From assembly GCA_003152105.1 (NCBI GenBank), contig PLZJ01000004.1, forward strand, positions 1 through 48,819: a stretch of 48,819 nt of DNA, written 5' to 3'. The notes beneath the pieces were generated by a model, which did not search any database, was not told the origin of the DNA, and saw only the letters and a program-made list of their open reading frames with translations. Numbering within the stretch: the stretch's first letter is position 1; each line of letters opens with the position of its first letter. Made by a program: the position numbers and the translations under genes. Positions 41,369 to 48,819 of the stretch are shown here, piece by piece. This stretch comes from Candidatus Levyibacteriota bacterium (GTDB lineage Bacteria; Patescibacteriota; Microgenomatia; Levybacterales; UBA12049).

Positions 41369-42349
41369 ATGCATAATTACAAAATTATTGCTATTGGTGA
41401 GGTTACAATTGATATATTCCTTTCGCTTGATAATGAAAATAAAAAAATTCGATTGGATGAAAAAACTAGCGAGCTATGTATTAGTTATGGTGAAAAAATA
41501 GATGTTAATTCTTCTCTGTTTTCAATAGGTGGGAATGCTGCAAATGTCTCGGTTGGTTTAACAAGGCTTGGTATTAGAACTGCATTTTTTGCAGAAACAG
41601 GAGATGATGAGTTTTCTTTAAAAATTCTTAATTCATTAGCTAAAGAAGGTTTAGATAGAAGCTTTGTGAGACAAGTAAAAAATCAGGCTACATCAATGTC
41701 TTTTTCAATTACCTACAAAGGAGACAGAACGTTATTTGTTGAACATGTAAAGAGAGAGCATTTGTTTAACTATTCTGATATAAATGCTGAGTATATGTAT
41801 TTAACAAGTCTTGGTCAAAATTGGAAAGACGCTTATGAAAAAGCATATCTTTATTCGTTCGAAAACAATTGTAAGCTTATTTTTAATCCTGGAACAGTAC
41901 AGCTGCGCGAAGAAGGAGATGTATTAAAGAAAGCGCTTGAAAAAACAGAGATAGTATTTCTTAATAAAGAAGAAGCTGAACAGCTTGTTTTTAATAAAGA
42001 AAATAAAGATAAAAAGGGAGAGGAATACATGCGTAATTTAATGACAAAAGTACAATTATTAGGACCAAATATCGTAGTAGTAACGGATGGCGGAAATGGA
42101 TCTTTTGCGCAAGATAAAAGGGGAATATATTACGAAGAGAAAGCATATCCTACAAAAATAATTGAAAAAACAGGCGCAGGTGATGGCTATTCGGCAGGAT
42201 TTCTTGGAGGGATAATTCATGGCGTAGACATACAAACAGCTATGCAATGGGGGGCTATAAATGCCGCTTCTGTAGTGACAATGGTTGGCTCACAATCAGG
42301 TTTATTGACAAAATCTCAGATGGATAGTAAAGTTGAAAAATATGAATAG
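41369..42349 (+). CDS. PfkB-family carbohydrate kinase
   Basis: N-terminal IIAIGEVTIDIF, GGNAANVS, and the C-terminal TGAGDGYSAGFLGG ATP/anion-hole motif. Confidence 0.8.
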   Translation: MHNYKIIAIGEVTIDIFLSLDNENKKIRLDEKTSELCISYGEKIDVNSSLFSIGGNAANVSVGLTRLGIRTAFFAETGDDEFSLKILNSLAKEGLDRSFVRQVKNQATSMSFSITYKGDRTLFVEHVKREHLFNYSDINAEYMYLTSLGQNWKDAYEKAYLYSFENNCKLIFNPGTVQLREEGDVLKKALEKTEIVFLNKEEAEQLVFNKENKDKKGEEYMRNLMTKVQLLGPNIVVVTDGGNGSFAQDKRGIYYEEKAYPTKIIEKTGAGDGYSAGFLGGIIHGVDIQTAMQWGAINAASVVTMVGSQSGLLTKSQMDSKVEKYE

Positions 42350-43247
42350 TAATATTGGATACACAAAGCATTTATATATACTTCCTTTTGATCATAGAAA
42401 TACTTTTGCAAAAAGTATGTACCACGTTCAAGAACTGAGTCTGGAGCAGCAAGCTGAAGTAACAAACTTTAAATTATTAATATACAAAGCATTTAAGTGG
42501 GCGCTGTCCAATGGTGTTTCAAAAGAAGATGCGGCTATTCTTGTAGACGATGAATTAGGAATGCCTGTACTCGAAGAAGCTAAGAAAGATAATATTATTG
42601 TTTTATATACCCTAGAGAAGAGTGGAACAAACGCCTTAGAAATGGTTCATGATGACTGGCGTGAAAGGGTTCTCAGTTATAAACCGGCATTTTGCAAAAT
42701 GCTCGTTCGATATAATCCCGATGACCCTATTAGCGAGAGGGAAGCGAAATTACTTGTGTTAAAAAGCGTAAGCGAATTCGTTCATACAAATAACTTTAAG
42801 TTTTTACTTGAGCCGCTAATTCCAGCAACGCAAAGTCAGCTTCAATTAGTAAATGGAGATCAAGATAAGTACGATAGTCTCGTTCGTCCTGATTTAACTG
42901 TTAAAATGATTGCAGAGATGCAAGAAAAAGGTATTGAGATAGATGTATGGAAATTAGAAGGCATGGAACAAAAACAAGACTATGAAAAAGTTATTATACA
43001 AGCAAAAAGTATGGGTAGGGATAATGTTGGGGTAGTTGTTTTAGGAAGAGGTGCAGGAGTTGAAAAGGTTAATGAGTGGCTACGTATAGGAGCCAGCGTT
43101 CAGGGAGTTATAGGATTTGCAGTTGGAAGAACGGTATTTTGGGAATCACTTGAAAAGGTTCGAGCAAAGACTATTTCAGAAGAACAAGCTGTTGAGGAAA
43201 TAGGGAAAAACTTTTTATCTTTTTACAATATTTTTACTCGAAAATAA
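42342..43247 (+). CDS. Class I aldolase of the LacD / DUF2090 type
   Basis: LYILPFDHRN (compare ALAFDQRG of tagatose-bisphosphate aldolase) and IDVWKLEG (the Schiff-base Lys box, compare VLKVE). The ORF track starts at TTG 42333. The ATG at 42342 overlaps the pfkB stop. Confidence 0.55.
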   Translation: MNSNIGYTKHLYILPFDHRNTFAKSMYHVQELSLEQQAEVTNFKLLIYKAFKWALSNGVSKEDAAILVDDELGMPVLEEAKKDNIIVLYTLEKSGTNALEMVHDDWRERVLSYKPAFCKMLVRYNPDDPISEREAKLLVLKSVSEFVHTNNFKFLLEPLIPATQSQLQLVNGDQDKYDSLVRPDLTVKMIAEMQEKGIEIDVWKLEGMEQKQDYEKVIIQAKSMGRDNVGVVVLGRGAGVEKVNEWLRIGASVQGVIGFAVGRTVFWESLEKVRAKTISEEQAVEEIGKNFLSFYNIFTRK

Positions 43248-43258
43248 TTGTTTCAAAT

Positions 43259-44914
43259 TTACCACTTTGTTCTAATGTGGCTCATTGCAAACTTAATACT
43301 ACCACCAACTTTTTTTCCAGGATTAAAAATATTTTTAGGATCAAAAATCATTTTTGTTTCTTTAAATAATTCATAGACCTTTTTTCCATACATTTCTTCT
43401 AAATAGGGGGTTCTAATAATTCCATCATTATGCTCTCCGGTTAATGTACCTTTATAAGATAAAACAAGCTCAAATACTTCTTTTGCTAAGTCTGGAATGA
43501 TTTCCCTTTGTTTTGGGTCTTCAATATTCATAAGAGGAATAATATGAAAATTTCCATCACCCATATGTCCTGCGATTGTATATATTAATTTTGGGTATTT
43601 CTTAAAAATAAGATCAAGTTTTGGTAAAAATTCAGGCAAAAATTCAGGTCTTACGACAAAATCATCTATAAAAGGTGCAGTATGTTTATCTCTAATTTTT
43701 TGTCGTAATAGATTAAAACTTTCTCTTCTAATTAGCCAATACTTTTTTTCTGATTTTTTATTTGGAGCAATATGTGTTTTTAAGTTGAAAGGAGCAAGTT
43801 TTTCATGGAGCTCTTTTATTTTTTCATTAAGCTCAGATCTTTTGTCACCGGTAAATTCTACTTGTAGTATTAGTTTAGGTAATCCACCTGTTACGGTCAT
43901 CCAAAACTCTGGAAGAAAATGCCAAGCAGTTTCAATCATGCTTTTAGTCCCAAGTTTTTTGGCAAATTCAGGAAAAAATTTGATTGCTAACTTTAACGTA
44001 TGATCATCGTAGGTTTCAAAGCTTTCTGGTTTGAGTGGTGCAACTGCATTAATAATATCTCCTAAATGATCTAAATTATTTATAAATATAATCATCATTT
44101 CGGCATGTAGTTTTGTTGGGACCAATTTTAGTGTTGCTTTGGTAGTGATACCCAGGGTACCTTGTGCTCCAACAAATAACTTAGTGAGATCGAAGGTTTT
44201 CTTTTCTTTATCATAAATATTCCATAAATAATATCCAGCAGAATTCTTAGAAACGTTTGGTTTTGCTTTCTGAAGTAAATCGTAGTTATCTTTTACCAAT
44301 TTGAACATTTTCTTATAGATTTCTCCTTCAAAGTTATTCTGCTTTATTTTTTTTTGCAATTCTTTTTCAGAAAGACATACAAGTTGATATTCATTACCAT
44401 CAGAAAGAACAACATTCATTTTCTTTATGTATTTTTCGGTTTTGCCATATTCTAGTGATTTCTCACCGCCAGAATTATTATTTACAATACCTCCGATTGC
44501 ACAAATTTCCCTTGATGCAGGGTAAGAAGGGAAGAGTAAACCATGTTCGAGAGTCTGTTTTTCAAAATCTCTATAAAATAAACCAGGTTGAGCAGTTGCA
44601 GTATCTCCATCCATTCCTAAAAATTTATTCATGTGTTTTCCAAACGCTAGTATGATAGATTCATTTAGAGGACCACCGCCCATATCAGTTCCTGCAGCTC
44701 TTGCAGTAACTGATAGATTTTTGTTTTTTAGTTTATGTCTATTGATAAATTTTACTACACTTGTGACATCTTCATCATCAATAGGAAATACAACAACTTG
44801 CGGTTTTACCTCAAATAAACTTGCGCAATAACTATATAATGCAAGCGTCTCTTCATCAGTTACGACTTCGCCTCTCACTGATTTTTTTAGTTCATTTATG
44901 AGTTCAGCGTCCAT
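43259..44914 (-). CDS. FAD-binding oxidoreductase (GlcD / D-lactate dehydrogenase family)
   Basis: FAD_binding_4-type N-terminus (VVFPIDDEDVTSVVKF...ARAAGTDMGGG) and the C-terminal GTLTGEHNDG motif. Confidence 0.75.
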   Translation of the reverse strand: MDAELINELKKSVRGEVVTDEETLALYSYCASLFEVKPQVVVFPIDDEDVTSVVKFINRHKLKNKNLSVTARAAGTDMGGGPLNESIILAFGKHMNKFLGMDGDTATAQPGLFYRDFEKQTLEHGLLFPSYPASREICAIGGIVNNNSGGEKSLEYGKTEKYIKKMNVVLSDGNEYQLVCLSEKELQKKIKQNNFEGEIYKKMFKLVKDNYDLLQKAKPNVSKNSAGYYLWNIYDKEKKTFDLTKLFVGAQGTLGITTKATLKLVPTKLHAEMMIIFINNLDHLGDIINAVAPLKPESFETYDDHTLKLAIKFFPEFAKKLGTKSMIETAWHFLPEFWMTVTGGLPKLILQVEFTGDKRSELNEKIKELHEKLAPFNLKTHIAPNKKSEKKYWLIRRESFNLLRQKIRDKHTAPFIDDFVVRPEFLPEFLPKLDLIFKKYPKLIYTIAGHMGDGNFHIIPLMNIEDPKQREIIPDLAKEVFELVLSYKGTLTGEHNDGIIRTPYLEEMYGKKVYELFKETKMIFDPKNIFNPGKKVGGSIKFAMSHIRTKW

Positions 44915-44915
44915 A

Positions 44916-45908
44916 TTATTTCTTTCTTTTAATAACTTTTTTAACAGCTTCTATTATATTTTGTGTATCCATTTTATATTTTACTCGTAATTCTTGCGGA
45001 TCGCCAGACTCTGCAAATGTGTCTTGTAAACCAATGAATTCAATTGGTACAGGATAGTTCTTTGAAGTAAGCTCAGCGATTGCACTTCCAAGTCCTCCAG
45101 TGACTTGATGATCTTCTATGGTGACAAATGCTCCCGTTTGCTTTGCAAGTGTTAGAGTAAGCACCTTATCTAATGGTTTAATTGTTGCAACATTAACAAC
45201 AAGAGTTTGAATATTACTTTCCTCTAATTCCTTCGCAGCAACTAGCGCGTAATATAGCATGTATCCTGTTGCAAATATTGTTGCTTGAGGATTTTCGCTA
45301 ACCCAAAACGTCTGCATTTTTCCAATCTCGAATGGTGTTTTTACCGTAGTGATAATTGGTGACTTATCTCTTGTGAATCGAATATAAGCAGGTCGTGTTG
45401 TTTTCCCAATTGCTATAGTTGCTTTACTCGCTTCAATACTATCACAAGGCACTAATACGTCCATGTTTGGCCAGACACGAGTAATTGCAATATCTTCTGT
45501 TGCTTGATGTGTAGCGCCGTCAGGACCTGTAGCTATGCCACTGTGATGTCCAGCGATTTTTACGTTTGCATTATTGTAAGCTATCGTTGTTCGAATCGTT
45601 TCCCAGTTTTTACCTGGAGAGAATGTTGCATATGAAGATATAAATGCAGTTTTTCCAGTGACTCCAAGACCTGCTGCAATTGCTGCCATATTTTGCTCAG
45701 CTACGCCAACTTGAAAAAATCTTTCTGGAAATTTTTTTGCAAATTCATCAGCTCTAGTTGATTCAGTAAGATCAGCACTTAGCACAACAATATTATTATC
45801 AATATCACCTAACTCTGTAATGCCTTTGCCGAATCCATCTCGCGTTGGAGTTTTTTCAACATCACTATTGAAAATATCTTGATTTAGTTCTAAATGCGGA
45901 TTTAGCAT
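44916..45908 (-). CDS. tkt: Transketolase, C-terminal (pyrimidine-binding) subunit
   Basis: FFQVGVAEQNM, GATHQATEDIA and a transketolase C-terminal domain. It is adjacent to the N-terminal subunit gene. Confidence 0.9.
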   Translation of the reverse strand: MLNPHLELNQDIFNSDVEKTPTRDGFGKGITELGDIDNNIVVLSADLTESTRADEFAKKFPERFFQVGVAEQNMAAIAAGLGVTGKTAFISSYATFSPGKNWETIRTTIAYNNANVKIAGHHSGIATGPDGATHQATEDIAITRVWPNMDVLVPCDSIEASKATIAIGKTTRPAYIRFTRDKSPIITTVKTPFEIGKMQTFWVSENPQATIFATGYMLYYALVAAKELEESNIQTLVVNVATIKPLDKVLTLTLAKQTGAFVTIEDHQVTGGLGSAIAELTSKNYPVPIEFIGLQDTFAESGDPQELRVKYKMDTQNIIEAVKKVIKRKK

Positions 45909-45909
45909 A

Positions 45910-46773
45910 TTAATACTCGCTTTCTATTTTTCCTTGAAGCGTTCTCAATTCTTGTAATGCCAATTTCGCTTCATTTTCATTTGGAGGTTTTCCATGCCAT
46001 CTAAAATCATTTTCCATAAAATCTACGCCCATTCCTGGTATTGTATTGGCTATAATTATAGTCGGTTTTTCAGAAACTGCTCGAGCTTCGCGTACTGCGT
46101 CAACAAAGCGCATTATATTATTGCCATCAACCTCAATAACATGCCAATTAAATGATTTATATTTATCAGCTAAAGGTTCAAGAGGCATTACAGCTTCAGT
46201 TGTTCCATCAATTTGTATATTATTTCGATCTAGCACAACTGTCAGATTTTCTAGCTTGTTTTTACCCGCAAACATAATTGCTTCCCATGTATTTCCTTCT
46301 TGATGTTCGCCATCAGATGTTATGCAATAAACGTGAAATTCCTTTTTGTCTAATTTCCCTGAGAGTGCGATTCCAATTGCTTGTGATATGCCTTCACCAA
46401 GAGGGCCAGATGTCGTTTCAACTCCTGGCAAAGCACCTCTGTGTGGATGACCTTGGAGACGAGAATTAATTTTTCGAAGTGTTTTTAATTCTTCGATAGG
46501 AAAGTAGCCGCTTTGTGCCATTGAAACATATCTTATTGGACAAATGTGGCCATTTGAAAGTATTAATCTGTCTCGGTCATCCCAGTCAGGATCTTTGGGG
46601 TTATGATTTAATATATGAAAATAGAATGCAGTAAAAATATCTGCCATTCCAAGAGGTCCTGCAGAGTGGCCAGAGCCAGCCTCAAGTAGAGTTGAAATAA
46701 CTAGTTTGCGTGCCTCAACTGCTTTAATTTCAAGTTCTTTTAATTTATTTTCGGGCAGATCAAATAAATTCAT
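45910..46773 (-). CDS. tkt: Transketolase, N-terminal (TPP-binding) subunit
   Basis: GSGHSAGPLGMADI, GHPH and SDGEHQEGNTWEA motifs. Confidence 0.9.
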   Translation of the reverse strand: MNLFDLPENKLKELEIKAVEARKLVISTLLEAGSGHSAGPLGMADIFTAFYFHILNHNPKDPDWDDRDRLILSNGHICPIRYVSMAQSGYFPIEELKTLRKINSRLQGHPHRGALPGVETTSGPLGEGISQAIGIALSGKLDKKEFHVYCITSDGEHQEGNTWEAIMFAGKNKLENLTVVLDRNNIQIDGTTEAVMPLEPLADKYKSFNWHVIEVDGNNIMRFVDAVREARAVSEKPTIIIANTIPGMGVDFMENDFRWHGKPPNENEAKLALQELRTLQGKIESEY

Positions 46774-48050
46774 TGTTTATATACTATAAATAAGTCTGAA
46801 ACATTTGATTCTAGTCTTCCTGTATCTATTCCTCCGCTAGCTTTTTGAAAAAAATGCAAGCTGTCATCATTTTCCAAATATGCTTTTGGTTCAATTGATT
46901 GTTCTTGAGCACTTTGGATCACATGTTGATCTCCAAGTGCACCTGCGAGCGTTGTAAAATCCCAACCATCCGAATCAAATGAAGCAATAATAGTATTATT
47001 ATCTAGATAGGGAAGTGTTGCAAGTACGAGAGTTTGATTTCTACCTCCTTGACCTGAGCCTTTTACATGAACAGTTGTTTCTCCACCAGCCAAGAGGAGT
47101 TCGCCTTTTTTTGTCGCATCAATTAGCGTTTTTCCTGCTGTTTTTGCATCACCTTCAAATTTATCCGAATATATTGAGGAAGAAAGACCCATTTCAGTTG
47201 CCTTATTTTGCATTGCTTTTAACGCAGTGTCATTGCTAACCATTAAAATGTTGTTCACTTTTTCGAAATATTTATCATCATTTACCGTTTGTGCAAAATA
47301 TGAATCATCTATTTGTGTGCTATTTGAGATGTTAAATTTAGATAGAATTTGCTTAACTTCTTTAAGAGTTGTTTGATCTTTAACAGTAGGTGCAGACGCG
47401 ATAACCGATAGATCATTTCCAGGCACATCTGAAAATATGAGACTTGCTACCGTAGATGGAAATAAATGTTTTGCAAATTGACCTCCTTTGACGCTTGAAA
47501 GATGTTTTCGAATTATATTCATTTCTGAAATAGTTGCACCAGAACGAAGTAAGGCGCGTACGATATCTGTTAATTTTTCTAAGTTAACGGTATGAGGTTT
47601 TTCAAATAGAACAGAACCTCCACCACATATAACTATTAGCACTAAATCTGTTTCTAAAAGGTTTTCTGTTGCGTTTAGTACAAGAGTCGTAAAATCAATA
47701 TTTTCTTGAGAAGGCAATGGATGTGTGCCTTTTGTATAGTGAATTTTCTTAAAAGGTTTTTCATCAACTACATCAATTACAAATCCTTGACTTAATTTAT
47801 CTCCAAGTATATCTTCTATAATTCTTGAGATTTCTGCTGACCCTTTGCCAAAGCCTATTAATTGTATTCTCTTATACTGATGTAAGTCGTACGTATTATT
47901 TTGTATTGATAAGATATTATCACTTAGACTAAATTTTTCGCGTAAGATTTCTTTAGGTTGAATAGAGGAGAGTGCTGATTCTATAAGGTCTAATACTATT
48001 TTTCTTTTAGGATCAATGTTTAGTGATGCGTAGTTTTTAATAAATCCCAT
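46770..48050 (-). CDS. Glycerate 2-kinase (DUF4147 + MOFRL family)
   Basis: The family pattern GFGKGSAEI ... ICGGGS ... LAGGETTV ... GGRNQ. A 4-nt overlap with the downstream tkt gene. Confidence 0.7.
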   Translation of the reverse strand: MGFIKNYASLNIDPKRKIVLDLIESALSSIQPKEILREKFSLSDNILSIQNNTYDLHQYKRIQLIGFGKGSAEISRIIEDILGDKLSQGFVIDVVDEKPFKKIHYTKGTHPLPSQENIDFTTLVLNATENLLETDLVLIVICGGGSVLFEKPHTVNLEKLTDIVRALLRSGATISEMNIIRKHLSSVKGGQFAKHLFPSTVASLIFSDVPGNDLSVIASAPTVKDQTTLKEVKQILSKFNISNSTQIDDSYFAQTVNDDKYFEKVNNILMVSNDTALKAMQNKATEMGLSSSIYSDKFEGDAKTAGKTLIDATKKGELLLAGGETTVHVKGSGQGGRNQTLVLATLPYLDNNTIIASFDSDGWDFTTLAGALGDQHVIQSAQEQSIEPKAYLENDDSLHFFQKASGGIDTGRLESNVSDLFIVYKQ

Positions 48051-48072
48051 TCTGATTTAGTGTAGCATATTT

Positions 48073-48699
48073 TTATTGATCCGGACAAAGGTTACCTAGT
48101 GGACAATCATTGCATTTATGTGGTCTTGCTGGACAATACGTTCTACCAAAATTTATTAACAGTAGGGGGAAAGTAATCCATTTATCCTTCGGAACAATTT
48201 CCATTAAATCTTTTTCAATCTTCTCAGGAGTTTTTTGATTAGTTAGTCCTAATTTAACTGTTAGTCTCATAACATGCGTATCTACGACAATACCTTCACT
48301 TTTACCAAATGCATTTCCTAGTACTACATTTGCAGTTTTTCTTGCGACCCCAGGTAATGTTAGTAGTTCTTCCATGGTTTGTGGAACTTCACCGTGAAAC
48401 TTTTCATCAATAATTCGTGCCGTAGCCTGGATATTTTTGGATTTATTTGTATGAAAATTTATTTTGGAAACTGCCTTATCTATTTCTTCTAAGGGTGCAC
48501 TTGCAAATTCTTTTGGATTTTTATAACGAGCAAACAATGAGGGAGTGACAGTATTTACTACTTTATCAGTAGCTTGAGCAGATAATATAGTTGCAACAAG
48601 CAGTTCAAATGGATTTGAAAAAATTAACGCTATCTTAGGATGGGGCCACTCAACTTCAAGTCTGTTAATAATTTCTTTAACCTTTTCTGCTCTCGTCAT
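48073..48699 (-). CDS. nth: Endonuclease III
   Basis: HhH-GPD motif LPGVARKTANVVL and the 4Fe-4S cluster loop CPARPHKCNDCPLGNLC. Confidence 0.9.
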   Translation of the reverse strand: MTRAEKVKEIINRLEVEWPHPKIALIFSNPFELLVATILSAQATDKVVNTVTPSLFARYKNPKEFASAPLEEIDKAVSKINFHTNKSKNIQATARIIDEKFHGEVPQTMEELLTLPGVARKTANVVLGNAFGKSEGIVVDTHVMRLTVKLGLTNQKTPEKIEKDLMEIVPKDKWITFPLLLINFGRTYCPARPHKCNDCPLGNLCPDQ

Positions 48700-48705
48700 A
48701 AGCCT

Positions 48706-48714
48706 ATTATATCA
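48706..48714 (-). promoter_or_regulatory. Extended -10 (TGaTATAAT, minus strand) 6 nt upstream of the nth ATG
   Basis: The minus strand reads TGATATAAT-aggctt-ATG. The TGA is also the stop codon of the upstream partial ORF. Confidence 0.5.
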
Positions 48715-48819
48715 TTGAGATTTAGTTGGTGTTGGAGTATTGGTTGGGGTTAGAAGTATACCAGTTGGAGTAGTAATTGGTAACGTAACTTCAATTGTTG
48801 GTGCAGGCGTATTTGTTGG
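48712..48819 (-). CDS. 3' end of a gene running off the window; Pro/Thr-rich C-terminal tail
   Basis: The minus-strand frame is open from the window edge and reads PTNTPAPTIEVTLPITTPTGILLTPTNTPTPTKSQ* (stop at 48712-48714). Confidence 0.4.
   Translation of the reverse strand, partial: PTNTPAPTIEVTLPITTPTGILLTPTNTPTPTKSQ

Noticed and set aside
1-48819. Looked for CRISPR arrays, transposases, integrases, phage genes, toxin-antitoxin pairs and other defence-island content.
   Set aside because: I saw no regularly spaced direct repeats and no recombinase or transposase motifs. tRNA-adjacent integration signatures are also absent. The only repeats found are the 31-nt tmk tract and local hairpins.
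1-48819. Alternative genetic code (UGA as Gly, as in some CPR lineages).
   Set aside because: TGA terminates dcd (6640-6642), thyA (9537-9539), folA (10052-10054), carA and zwf at positions giving normal protein lengths. No conserved gene appears split at an in-frame TGA.

Overview
This is an AT-rich, very gene-dense bacterial chromosome segment. It uses the standard genetic code, since TGA closes conserved genes at their expected lengths. It reads like a small-genome, Patescibacteria/CPR-like organism. That is an inference from a stand-alone 16S gene, tRNAs without encoded CCA, a split transketolase, a 153-aa EF-Ts and a ProRS lacking its editing domain; it is not proven. All coordinates for motifs were counted by hand.

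Gene order:
- 1-1100: 3' end of 16S rRNA with its own intrinsic terminator, then tRNA-Cys(GCA) and tRNA-Ile(GAU).
- 1.1-6.0 kb: a small accessory patch. It holds two divergently transcribed beta-carbonic-anhydrase-like proteins, then a minus-strand operon for a vWA/dockerin-like protein, a cohesin-like protein and a Cys-rich secreted protein.
- 6.1-22.5 kb: a pyrimidine-to-thymidylate supercluster: dcd, tmk x2, dut-like, thyA, folA | pyrB carA carB pyrF pyrE | antisense membrane protein | pyrC pyrD Apt-like PRTase glyA.
- rpsB-tsf-frr-rseP, followed by the oxidative pentose-phosphate operon pgl-zwf-gnd and then proS.
- A DHH-family protein, a low-complexity acidic protein, then rpsU-ybeY.
- dnaX-ybaB-(prs, prs)-recR.
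- SemiSWEET, an EEP-family nuclease/phosphatase, and a pair of KE-rich and PQ-rich small proteins.
- cysS, then marR-pfkB-class I aldolase.
- A minus-strand operon: nth / glycerate kinase / split transketolase / FAD oxidase.

I saw no CRISPR array, transposase, integrase or phage genes. Most of the window is housekeeping. The parts most worth a second look:
1. The cohesin + vWA-dockerin surface module and the adjacent beta-CA-like pair.
2. A recurrent promoter-start geometry (TGnTATAAT 6-8 nt before the ATG) that implies widespread leaderless mRNAs alongside Shine-Dalgarno-led ribosomal-protein genes.
3. The paralog pairs (tmk/tmk, dcd/dut-like, prs/prs) with altered catalytic motifs.
4. Two candidate RNA regulators: a pyrB attenuator and an rpsB pseudoknot leader.
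5. An editing-domain-less ProRS closed by a Cys4 knuckle.

I cannot point to one clear-cut, self-contained novel system with confidence.
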